This document shows positions 18,747 to 27,438 of a stretch of 64,000 nucleotides of DNA, piece by piece (the first letter of the stretch is position 1; the number at the start of each line of letters is the position of its first letter). Source of the DNA: Gammaproteobacteria bacterium (lineage in GTDB: Bacteria > Pseudomonadota > Gammaproteobacteria > Steroidobacterales > Rariloculaceae); NCBI GenBank assembly GCA_036555065.1, contig DATBLZ010000166.1:9043-73042 (forward strand). Direction: 5' to 3'. Below the pieces are notes generated by a model. It was not told where the DNA came from and ran no database searches. It was given only the letters and a program-made list of their open reading frames with translations. A program made the translations under genes and the position numbers.

Positions 18747-20141
18747 TCAGGCGACGCTCGCTTTGACCTTCTGCTCGGCGCGCATGCCCGTGACGCGCGT
18801 TGCCTCGGCGTCGTACGTTCGCGCGATCTCCTCGAGGAATGCCGCGGGAAACTCACCGGGGTTCCGCTGCGAGAGGACTTGGTAGAGGTCCTTGAAGAGG
18901 TCCCAATACTTGAGTTTGTTCGTCGCGGCCATGATGCCCGTGCGGCCGTTCGAGAACTTCTGCTCGAGATGCTCGGGATCGACTCGCTCGATATAGGCAA
19001 CGACTGCCTCGAGCATTGCCTTCATGAGGATCTGCTGATGCCTGCGGATGTCGTCGAATGCGTCGCGGACTGCCTGCACGGCGTCTAGGTACTGCTCGGA
19101 GTCGCGGAACAACAAGTTGTTGAGCGCCTCATCGACGCCGGCCGAGAACTTGAGCGAGTTGTTGTTGCCACCCGGCTGTATCGTCGTATTCGATTGTCGC
19201 AGCAGGCTCTTCTGCGCCGCGCGCAGGTGCAAATTCTCAGTGAGGCCGGCAATCGTCTCGCGCATGAGCTGGCCAAGACGCAGCAATAGCGCCTCGGACT
19301 GTTGCTCGTCGAGCGCCATCACGGGCATGCCGGCGCCGCGGAAGAACGCATCGAGCGTGAGCGCCGGGGTCACCGGCGTTGGTTCTACAGCAGGAGCGGC
19401 GATCGGCGCGACGGAAGCGACGGGTGCCGCCGCAGCACCGGCGCGGGCACTGATCTTCCGCTTGCGCTTGACCTTGATGGGTGGGGGCTGCGCGGCGTTC
19501 GTGCGGACGCGCGCCGTATCCGACTCGCGCGGCTTGGCAGCCGCACTTGGCGCCGCGGGCGACGGCGCTGCCGCCGGCGCGCTCGTATGGGACGGCGCCT
19601 GGTCGGGCACGAGCGCAAGCTCCCCGCTCGTGAAGCCGTAATCGAGCGGCGACAACGTCGTTGCTTGGTCCTGGTCGAGCAGCGTTTCGATGCCGACGCC
19701 CGTGATCTCGAATGGGTCGACGAGATCGCGCTTCACGGGCTCGGGTGCGTCGACGCGCTGCATGAGGTCGACGGGGTCGACGTGCGGCTGAATCGGAATT
19801 CGCTCTTTCGTGCTATCGCTCTCATCGATCTCGACGACCATTTCGTAATCGCCCATGCGAATGCGATCGCCGGGGAAGAGCCGCTGCGGATTGCCGCGTC
19901 CGACGGGCGTGTTCGAGCCGTTTATGTAGAGGCCGTTCGAAGACGTATCGATGATGTAGTAGCTGCCCGAGCGAAAATCGATGCTCGCGTGGCGGCTCGA
20001 GACAAATCGCTGTGCGTCGGGTAACACCCAATCGCTTTCGAGCGAGCGGCCGATCGTGCCGCCGTTTTGACCGAACTCCTTCGTGCTGCGCTCGCGTAGA
20101 CCTTGTCTGTGCTTGCTGACGACTTGCAGGCGCAGTGCCAT
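18747..20141 (-). CDS. tagH: type VI secretion system-associated FHA-domain protein TagH/Fha-like
   Basis: 464 aa from ATG 20141. N-terminal FHA domain (GTIGRSLESDWVLPDAQRFVSSRHASIDFRSGSYYIIDTSSNGLYING...FPGDRIRMGDYEM), then an Ala/Pro-rich linker. The C-terminal domain carries LLRQSNTTIQPGGNNNSLKFS, as in TagH. Confidence 0.75.
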   Translation of the reverse strand: MALRLQVVSKHRQGLRERSTKEFGQNGGTIGRSLESDWVLPDAQRFVSSRHASIDFRSGSYYIIDTSSNGLYINGSNTPVGRGNPQRLFPGDRIRMGDYEMVVEIDESDSTKERIPIQPHVDPVDLMQRVDAPEPVKRDLVDPFEITGVGIETLLDQDQATTLSPLDYGFTSGELALVPDQAPSHTSAPAAAPSPAAPSAAAKPRESDTARVRTNAAQPPPIKVKRKRKISARAGAAAAPVASVAPIAAPAVEPTPVTPALTLDAFFRGAGMPVMALDEQQSEALLLRLGQLMRETIAGLTENLHLRAAQKSLLRQSNTTIQPGGNNNSLKFSAGVDEALNNLLFRDSEQYLDAVQAVRDAFDDIRRHQQILMKAMLEAVVAYIERVDPEHLEQKFSNGRTGIMAATNKLKYWDLFKDLYQVLSQRNPGEFPAAFLEEIARTYDAEATRVTGMRAEQKVKASVA

Positions 20142-20297
20142 TTGCAACCCTCGTGATACGGAGCTGGCGGGGATATTGGCGCAGTATAGCGACGAGGATT
20201 GCCGAAGCAGCGACGCGAAATCCTGGACTGTGACCTGAGTCTCAGTTATGACGCGCCTATGTTAAGCTGCGGCGGCATTCAGAGCAGCAGCCGAGCG

Positions 20298-20642
20298 ATG
20301 GCGTCCCAACCGATCTACAAAATCCTCTTCTTGAATCAAGGCAAGGTCTACGAAATTTACGCGCGCCGCGTGAGCCATGGCTCGCTGTTCGGATTCATCG
20401 AGGTCGAGAAGCTCGTGTTCGGAACGCGAACATCGGTCGTAGTGGATCCGACCGAGGAGAAGATCCAAACGGAGTTCGCCGGCGTCAAGCGCACGTATTT
20501 GCCCATGCACTCGATTTTGCGCATCGACGAGGTCGACAAGCAGGGCGTGAGCAAGGTCGTGAATGCCGAAGGCGGCAACATCGCGCAGTTTCCGATGCCC
20601 ATGTACACGCCGCCGGGGCAGGGCGGTAAGGGCGTAAAATAA
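20298..20642 (+). CDS. DUF1820 family protein
   Basis: 114 aa from ATG 20298. IYKILFLNQGKVYEIYARRVSHGSLFGFIEVEKLVFG is recognised as DUF1820-like. Sits directly upstream of purL. Confidence 0.65.
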   Translation: MASQPIYKILFLNQGKVYEIYARRVSHGSLFGFIEVEKLVFGTRTSVVVDPTEEKIQTEFAGVKRTYLPMHSILRIDEVDKQGVSKVVNAEGGNIAQFPMPMYTPPGQGGKGVK

Positions 20643-20646
20643 CTTC

Positions 20647-23600
20647 ATGACGATGCTGCAGCTGGCCGGGCCAGCGGCCGAGACTGCTTTCCGCCTCGCC
20701 AGGCGGCGCGAAGAGATGCGGGCGCGCTCGCCGGCATTCGTTGATCTTGGCCTCTCCTTCGAGCACTACGTTCACGTGAACCGCGCCCTCGCGCCCCGCG
20801 AGCGCGCGATCTTGGATGCGCTCGTTGCTTACGGCGCTCCCGCGACCGCGGTTGGAGGAGCGCAAAAGCTTTACATCGTGCCGCGCCTCGGCACGATTTC
20901 GCCGTGGGCTTCGAAGGCGACCGATATCGCGCGAATTTGCGGGCTCGATTTGCACCGTATCGAGCGCGGCCGCGTGCTCGAGATCAAGGCGTCGAAGCGC
21001 CTCGGCCAGGAGGAGCTGCTCAGCCTCGCTTCGCTCGTGCACGACCGCATGACCGAAAGCGTGCTGCTCGAGCCGCCCACCGAGAAGATACTGTTCGCAT
21101 CGCCGCAGCCCCGGCCCGCGCGCTGGATCGAGCTCGGCAAGAATCCGGTCGCGACGCTCGAGCGCGCGAATCGCGAGCTCGGGCTCGCGCTCTCGGCCGA
21201 TGAGATCGAATACCTCGCCGCGCAGTTTCGCGCGCTGCGCCGCGACCCCTCGGATGTCGAGCTCATGATGTTCGCGCAGGCGAACTCGGAGCACTGCCGG
21301 CACAAAGTTTTCAACGCGAGTTGGATCATCGACGGCAAGCCGGCGCCGAAGAGTCTCTTTCAGATGATTCGCAACACGCATGCGCATGCGCCCGACGGCG
21401 TGCTCTCGGCGTACTCGGACAACGCCGCGGTCGTCGCGGGGCCCGATGCCGCGTGGTTCTTTCCCGATCCGCGCTCGGGCCTCTACGAATACGTGACCGA
21501 GCCCGCGCACATGCTCATGAAGGTCGAGACGCACAACCACCCGACGGCGATCTCGCCGTTTCCGGGCGCGGCGACGGGTCCGGGCGGCGAGATCCGCGAC
21601 GAGGGCGCGACGGGCCGCGGCGCGAAACCGAAAGCGGGGCTCACGGGATTTACGGTCTCGCATCTCGAGATCGCGGATTGGAAGCAGCCATGGGAAGAGA
21701 AGCTTCCCGGCAAGCCCGATCGTATCGCCTCGCCCTTGCAAATCATGCTCGAAGGACCGATCGGCGCGGCTTCATTCAACAACGAGTTCGGCCGGCCCGC
21801 GTTGAACGGCTACTTCCGCACGTGCTTGCTCGAGGACGACGGCGTTTGGCGCGGCTACCACAAGCCGATCATGCTCGCGGGCGGCATCGGCCAAGTTCGT
21901 GAGATGCACGTGACGAAGGCGCGTCCCGCCGCGGGCGCGAAACTCATCGTGCTCGGCGGCCCGGCGATGCTGATCGGCTTGGGCGGCGGCGCTGCGTCGT
22001 CGCAAGGCAGCGGCGCGGGCGAGGAAGCGCTCGACTTCGCGTCGGTGCAACGCGGTAATCCCGAGATGCAGCGCCGCGCGCAAGAAGTCATCGACGCGTG
22101 CTGGGCGCTCGGCGCCGACAACCCGATCGGCGCGATTCACGACGTCGGCGCGGGCGGGCTGTCGAACGCCGTGCCCGAGATCGTCGAGCACAGCCGCTGC
22201 GGTGCAAAGCTCGAGCTCCGCAACGTGCCGAGCGACGAGCCCGGCATGAGCCCGATGGAATTGTGGTGCAACGAGTCGCAAGAGCGGTATGTCATGAGCA
22301 TCGAGCCCGGGCGGCTCGAAGCCTTCGCCGCGATCTGCGCGCGCGAGCGGTGTCCCTACGCCGTGCTCGGCGAGCTCACGGCCGAGCGCGTGCTTGCGGT
22401 CAACGATCGCGAGCTCGGCAACGAGCCCGTCGCGATGCCGATGGAAGTCTTGTTCGGCAAGCCGCCGAAGATGACGCGCAAGATCACGAGCGCGGCGCAA
22501 GAGACTCCCGCCTGGGACCATCGCCGCATCGAGCTCGGCGCTGCCATCGACCGTGTGCTCGCGTTTCCGGCCGTCGCCGACAAGTCGTTCCTGATTCATA
22601 TCGGCGATCGCACCGTCGGCGGTCTCGTGGCGCGCGATCAGCTCGTCGGCCCTTGGCAGGTGCCCGTCAGCGACGTTGCGGTCACGGCCGCGAGCTACTC
22701 GGGCTACACGGGCGAGGCCATGGCCATAGGTGAGCGTACGCCGGTCGCGATTGAGAATGGCCCCGCCGCGGCAAGGCTCGCGGTCGCCGAGGCCGTCATG
22801 AACATCGTGGCGGCCGACGTCGCCACGCTCGGCGACATACGACTCTCGGCGAACTGGATGGCGGCGGCCGCGTACGGCAACGACGACGCGGCGCTCTTCG
22901 CGATGGTCGAAGCCGTCGGCGAGGAGCTCTGCCCGGAGCTCGGTATCGCGATCCCCGTCGGCAAGGACTCGTTGTCGATGCGCACGAGCTGGACCGACGC
23001 CGGCGCCGAGCGCGAGGTCGTCGCGCCCGTTTCGCTCGTCGTCTCGGCATTCGCACCCGTGAAAGACATTCGCGCGACGCTCACGCCGGAGCTCGTGCGC
23101 GACCGCGATACGGTGTTGATATTCGTCGACCTCGCGAATGGGGAGGCCAGGCTCGGCGGCTCGTGTCTTGCGCAAGCGCACGGCGCCTATGGCGGCGAGC
23201 CGCCCGACGTCGACGCCGAAGCTCTGCAACACTTTTTCAACGCGCAGCGCATGCTTCGCGAAGCCGGCCTCGTGCTCGCGTATCACGACCGCTCGGACGG
23301 CGGTCTCTTCGTCACGCTCGCCGAAATGGCGTTTGCCGCGCACGTCGGCTTGACGGTAACGTTACCCGAGGACGCGACCGACGCCGTCGGTTATCTATTC
23401 AATGAGGAGCTCGGGGCCGTCATTCAAGTGGAGCGCTCGCGGCTCGCCGAAGCCGAATCGGTGCTCGAGCTCTTGGATTGTCTCGACTACCGCGTGATCG
23501 CGGAGCTCCGACAAGACGGCGCGTTCGTCGTTCGTCGCGGTGCTGCCGAGCTCTACCGCTCGACGCGCGTCGCGCTCCACGAGCGCTGGTCGGAGCTCAC

Positions 23601-24519
23601 GTATCGCATGCAGGCGCTGCGCGATGATCCCGAATGTGCGCGCGAGGCGCGCGCGGCGACGCTCGATGAGGGCGATCCCGGGTTGAACGCTGCCCTCACG
23701 TTCCCGTTGCCGTCGCTCGAAGGCCGCACGCGGGCGTCGAAGATTAAGCGCCCCGAGGTCGCGATCTTGCGCGAGCAGGGCGTCAACGGGCAGCGCGAGA
23801 TGGCCGCAGCGCTCGATCGGGCCGGCTTCGCCGCCTTCGACGTGCATATGACCGATCTCATCGCCGGCCGCGTCGAGCTCGAGCGTTTTCGGGGTCTCGT
23901 CGCGTGCGGCGGGTTCTCGTATGGCGACGTGCTCGGCGCCGGCGGCGGCTGGGCGAAGTCGATTCTGTTCATCGACCGCCTGCGCGCGGCGTTCATGAAG
24001 TTCTTCGCGCGCAAGGACACGTTCGCGCTCGGCATCTGCAACGGTTGCCAGATGCTCGCCGCGCTCAAGGAGCTGATTCCGGGCACGGACGCGTGGCCCA
24101 AGTTCGTGCGCAACCGTTCCGATCAGTTCGAAGGGCGCCTGTGCCTCGTGCGAATCGAAGAGAGCCCGTCGATTCTGCTCGCCGGCATGGCCGGGTCGCG
24201 GCTGCCGATCGTGACCGCGCACGGCGAAGGGCGCGCGGAGTTTGCGAATGACGCGGCGCTCGCGCGCTGCGAGGCGGGCCTCACGGCCGTGCGCTTCGTC
24301 GACAACTACGGCGCGACCGCGGCGCGTTATCCCGCGAACCCGAACGGCTCGCCGCACGGCATCGCCGGGTTAACGAGCGCCGACGGCCGCGTCACGATCA
24401 TCATGCCGCACCCGGAGCGCGTGTTCCGCACGACGCAGCTCTCATACCATCCGCGCGAATGGGGCGAGTGCTCGCCGTGGCAGCAGCTCTTCGACAACGC
24501 CCGTGCATGGGTCGACTGA
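20647..24519 (+). CDS. purL: phosphoribosylformylglycinamidine synthase, single-chain large form
   Basis: 1290 aa with motifs FAQANSEHCRHKVFN and ETHNHPTAISPFPGAATGPGGEIRD. C-terminal glutaminase has LGICNGCQML and MPHPER. Confidence 0.97.
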   Translation: MTMLQLAGPAAETAFRLARRREEMRARSPAFVDLGLSFEHYVHVNRALAPRERAILDALVAYGAPATAVGGAQKLYIVPRLGTISPWASKATDIARICGLDLHRIERGRVLEIKASKRLGQEELLSLASLVHDRMTESVLLEPPTEKILFASPQPRPARWIELGKNPVATLERANRELGLALSADEIEYLAAQFRALRRDPSDVELMMFAQANSEHCRHKVFNASWIIDGKPAPKSLFQMIRNTHAHAPDGVLSAYSDNAAVVAGPDAAWFFPDPRSGLYEYVTEPAHMLMKVETHNHPTAISPFPGAATGPGGEIRDEGATGRGAKPKAGLTGFTVSHLEIADWKQPWEEKLPGKPDRIASPLQIMLEGPIGAASFNNEFGRPALNGYFRTCLLEDDGVWRGYHKPIMLAGGIGQVREMHVTKARPAAGAKLIVLGGPAMLIGLGGGAASSQGSGAGEEALDFASVQRGNPEMQRRAQEVIDACWALGADNPIGAIHDVGAGGLSNAVPEIVEHSRCGAKLELRNVPSDEPGMSPMELWCNESQERYVMSIEPGRLEAFAAICARERCPYAVLGELTAERVLAVNDRELGNEPVAMPMEVLFGKPPKMTRKITSAAQETPAWDHRRIELGAAIDRVLAFPAVADKSFLIHIGDRTVGGLVARDQLVGPWQVPVSDVAVTAASYSGYTGEAMAIGERTPVAIENGPAAARLAVAEAVMNIVAADVATLGDIRLSANWMAAAAYGNDDAALFAMVEAVGEELCPELGIAIPVGKDSLSMRTSWTDAGAEREVVAPVSLVVSAFAPVKDIRATLTPELVRDRDTVLIFVDLANGEARLGGSCLAQAHGAYGGEPPDVDAEALQHFFNAQRMLREAGLVLAYHDRSDGGLFVTLAEMAFAAHVGLTVTLPEDATDAVGYLFNEELGAVIQVERSRLAEAESVLELLDCLDYRVIAELRQDGAFVVRRGAAELYRSTRVALHERWSELTYRMQALRDDPECAREARAATLDEGDPGLNAALTFPLPSLEGRTRASKIKRPEVAILREQGVNGQREMAAALDRAGFAAFDVHMTDLIAGRVELERFRGLVACGGFSYGDVLGAGGGWAKSILFIDRLRAAFMKFFARKDTFALGICNGCQMLAALKELIPGTDAWPKFVRNRSDQFEGRLCLVRIEESPSILLAGMAGSRLPIVTAHGEGRAEFANDAALARCEAGLTAVRFVDNYGATAARYPANPNGSPHGIAGLTSADGRVTIIMPHPERVFRTTQLSYHPREWGECSPWQQLFDNARAWVD

Positions 24520-24522
24520 AGG

Positions 24523-24546
24523 TGTGGGAGCGGCTTCAGCCGCGAC
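24523..24546 (+). repeat. REP-like hairpin element, copy 2
   Basis: TGTGGGAGCGGCTTCAGCCGCGAC lies between the convergent stops of purL and the PQQ dehydrogenase gene. Confidence 0.85.
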
Positions 24547-24549
24547 TCC

Positions 24550-26076
24550 TCAGCTCTCCGGAACCAACCGCACGATCTGCGCGCCCGACTCGTGCTCAAG
24601 CAAGAGATAGATCGCTCCCTCCGGGCCGTTCTCGACGTCGCGGATACGGGCGAAGCCCTTGAGCAGCGTTTCGCGGTGAACCACGCGATCGCCGTCGAGG
24701 ACGATGCGATAGAGCTCCGTTGCCTTGAGCGTGCCGACGATCAAGTTATGGCGCCACTCGGGAAATGCGTCGCCGTCATAGAACACGAAGGCCGACACGG
24801 CGGGCGAGGGCGTGAGATCGACGATCGGCTGCTCGATGTCGGCTAAATCGAACTCGATGCCGAGGTCTCTGCCGTAGTCGACGGGCGTGCTGTCGTACTT
24901 GAGGCCCTTCGAATAGAGCGGCCAGCCGTAATTCCTTCCGCGCTGCAAGTGATTGACCTCGTCGCCGCCGCGCTGGCCCATCTCCGTTTCCCAGAGCTGC
25001 CCGGTTTGCCGGTCGAACTCGAGACCCTGCGGGCTTCTGTGCCCGTAAGTCCAAATACTCGGCAAGGCACCGGCGCGATCGACGAACGGATTGTCCGCGG
25101 GGATCGAGCCGTCGTCGTTGACGCGATGGATCTTCCCGTAGGGCATCCCGAGATCCTGAACGCCGACTTGCTCGCCGGCGCCTTTGATGCCGACGCTGAT
25201 GAAGACATGGCCGGCATCGTCGAACGCGATGCGCCCGCCCGCGCCCATGTCGGGCATCCCCGTGTAGGTCTCGGGGTCGGCGCTCCAAATGGTCTCCTGG
25301 TCCACCCACTCGCCGTTCACGATGCGCCCGCGCACGAGCTTGTTCATCGAGACCGCCATGTGCGAGGCGCGGCTCGCCGTGTTGCAGTCGGTGCAACGAT
25401 CGCCGTAGTGAAGGTAGATCCAGCCGTTCTCCGCGTAGTCGGGATGGACCGCGACATCCAAGATCCAGCCGAGCCCGAACGTCAGCAGGATGCCGGGCAC
25501 CTTGAACCCATCGGCGTACGCCTGCGGTGCGCCGCGAATGAGCTCCGACTGCACGCCGTCGGCGGAGATGATGCTCAGGCCCCGCGTCTTCTCCGTGAGC
25601 AGGATGCGCCCGTCCGGCAGCGGCGCGATCGAGAACGGCAGCGGATCGAGGCCCGTGGCCACGGTCTCGATCCGAAAGTCATGGAGCTCGCTCTCGATGA
25701 CGCCCTCAGGAATAACGAGCGGCGCGGCGATCTTGAAGTCCGTATACGTGAGATTCGCGCGGCGCTCGGAGATATAGATCGCGAGCCTTTGGATGCGGGC
25801 GGCATCGAGCGTCGCCGACCACGCCGGCATCGCCGTCTCCGCGATGCCGTCCGCGATGCTCTTGCTGATGTCGGCGATCGAGTCACCGTGGCGCAGCTCG
25901 CCGACGAGCGGCGTGCCTTGCGCGGCGCCTTCGAGGTTCACGCCGTGACAGACGCTGCAGTTGTCTTGGTAGTCCGTGACGAACGGATCCTGCAGTTGTG
26001 CGTTGGCCGTCGCCGCCGCGAGGCCGGCGAGGGCAATTCCGATCGACCGCTGCATCCATATCCAATTGATTTTCAT
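24550..26076 (-). CDS. PQQ-dependent sugar (glucose/sorbosone) dehydrogenase with N-terminal cytochrome c domain
   Basis: 508 aa from ATG 26076 with signal peptide (IALAGLAAATANAQ). Haem-c motif CSVCHG. GSDH beta-propeller motifs are present (YGHRSPQGLEFD, GGDEVNHLQRGRNYGWP). The ORF-track start at 26403 is an extension. Confidence 0.8.
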   Translation of the reverse strand: MKINWIWMQRSIGIALAGLAAATANAQLQDPFVTDYQDNCSVCHGVNLEGAAQGTPLVGELRHGDSIADISKSIADGIAETAMPAWSATLDAARIQRLAIYISERRANLTYTDFKIAAPLVIPEGVIESELHDFRIETVATGLDPLPFSIAPLPDGRILLTEKTRGLSIISADGVQSELIRGAPQAYADGFKVPGILLTFGLGWILDVAVHPDYAENGWIYLHYGDRCTDCNTASRASHMAVSMNKLVRGRIVNGEWVDQETIWSADPETYTGMPDMGAGGRIAFDDAGHVFISVGIKGAGEQVGVQDLGMPYGKIHRVNDDGSIPADNPFVDRAGALPSIWTYGHRSPQGLEFDRQTGQLWETEMGQRGGDEVNHLQRGRNYGWPLYSKGLKYDSTPVDYGRDLGIEFDLADIEQPIVDLTPSPAVSAFVFYDGDAFPEWRHNLIVGTLKATELYRIVLDGDRVVHRETLLKGFARIRDVENGPEGAIYLLLEHESGAQIVRLVPES

Positions 26077-26096
26077 GGTTATTCCTGAGACCGAGC

Positions 26097-26495
26097 CTAG
26101 CCGCCGTTCTTGTTGCGCACGCCGTTGTAGGGGATTTTGAAGCCGCCCATTTCCGCCGTTCCCGTGAACGTGTCCCCGGACACGACCCCGACGTAAGTGA
26201 GCACGACCTCGCCGCCCGGGAACGACACCGTCCGCTTGTAGGAGAAGTTGTCTCCGTCGAGCGCGATTTCTTGGCCCGGCCCGCCTTCGGGGTTGCCGGT
26301 CGGCACGACGAGCTTCGCAGAGATCGTGTAGCCATCGTCGGTCTTCACGACCGAGATCGTCTCGGCGACGTCGCCGCCGGGCGTCGTGGCCGTCGCCGTC
26401 CATTCGCCGACGAAGGACTGGCCGAACGCCGGCGCCGCAAGTGCGGCGAGGGAAAGGAAACCTAGAGCCGCCGTGATGCGTATTTTTCCAAACAT
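26097..26495 (-). CDS. small secreted beta-rich protein, function unknown
   Basis: 132 aa from ATG 26495 with a clear signal peptide (ITAALGFLSLAALAAPAFGQ). Good third-position GC. No family recognised. Confidence 0.5.
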   Translation of the reverse strand: MFGKIRITAALGFLSLAALAAPAFGQSFVGEWTATATTPGGDVAETISVVKTDDGYTISAKLVVPTGNPEGGPGQEIALDGDNFSYKRTVSFPGGEVVLTYVGVVSGDTFTGTAEMGGFKIPYNGVRNKNGG

Positions 26496-26574
26496 GTCGA
26501 ATACCTCGTAGTTTTTCGTGAACGTTTGACTAGACACAGAACTCATTGATTCGGATGCGCGCGCCCGACGTCGT

Positions 26575-27438
26575 TCAACCGACGCGCGCCAAGCGCCGCA
26601 GCGCCAAGCCGCCAAAAATCACCGTGACGCCGACGAGCACACCGCCCGCAATCGCCGGCGAGACGAAGCTGAATTCCTCGACACCGGCGAGACCGAGCGC
26701 AAGCTGGTCCAAATGGAACGAAGGCCAGATCACGACCCACTTCCGCATGACCTCGGGCAGCGGGATGAAGATGCCCGAGAGCCACATCATCGGCAGGAAC
26801 ACGAGGTTGCCGTAGGCGGGCGCCGCCGAGCCCGAGGAAACCGTGCCGAGGAAGAGCCCGATCGCGCAGAACGGAATCACGCCGATGATGAGCGTCGCCC
26901 AGATGATGAGCACTTGGGGCACCGAGATCGTGAGCTGGCCGGCGACGAGCCCGGCGATCGCGACGAGCGTCACGGCGATCGCCGCAACGCCCATCGACAT
27001 CAGCACTTTGGCGATGATCGTCGCGCCCGGAGGCAGCGGCAGCGCGCGCTTGAGCTTGTGCAGATTGCCGTCGCGCTCGGTCGCGAGAATACAGCCCATG
27101 AATATCCCGGGCATGATCGCGCCGATGACGGCGAAGCCGGAGAAGAGGTAGTTCGCGACCCCCGGTCCGAATCCGCCGTCTGCGCCGGGCTCGGCTCCGC
27201 CGCCCCCGCCGCCCCCGGCCGGAATAATCAGAACCCCGAAGATCACGTAGATCAGAATCGGGATCGCGATGAACGGCACCGCGAAGCCGACGGAGCGCAG
27301 CGCGCCCAACGTCTCGAACTTCGCTTCCATCATGTAGGCCCGTAGCGTTCGCCCGAGCGGCAGCGGGCGAGCGGAAGAATCGCGGGCCGAGCTCGTTCCC
27401 TGTAAACCGTTCGCTCCGACTTGTGTTGCAGCGTTCAT
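26575..27438 (-). CDS. ABC-2 type transporter permease
   Basis: 287 aa, six hydrophobic helices in the ABC-2 pattern, plus an external Gly7 loop (PAGGGGGGGAEPG). The start ATG overlaps the stop of the upstream AT3::ABC gene (TAATG). Confidence 0.75.
   Translation of the reverse strand: MNAATQVGANGLQGTSSARDSSARPLPLGRTLRAYMMEAKFETLGALRSVGFAVPFIAIPILIYVIFGVLIIPAGGGGGGGAEPGADGGFGPGVANYLFSGFAVIGAIMPGIFMGCILATERDGNLHKLKRALPLPPGATIIAKVLMSMGVAAIAVTLVAIAGLVAGQLTISVPQVLIIWATLIIGVIPFCAIGLFLGTVSSGSAAPAYGNLVFLPMMWLSGIFIPLPEVMRKWVVIWPSFHLDQLALGLAGVEEFSFVSPAIAGGVLVGVTVIFGGLALRRLARVG

Noticed and set aside
20141-20298. CTGAGTCTCAG palindrome and CTG...CAG motif in the tagH/DUF1820 divergent region as a possible LexA box
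   Set aside because: The spacing is wrong for a LexA box (CTG-N12-CAG or N5, not N10) and there is no TA-rich centre.
27194-27214. C-rich tract CCGCCGCCCCCGCCGCCCCCG that looked like a simple-sequence repeat
   Set aside because: It is in-frame coding sequence for a Gly7 loop (PAGGGGGGGAEPG) of the ABC-2 permease. It is not an intergenic repeat, although it could be slippage-prone.
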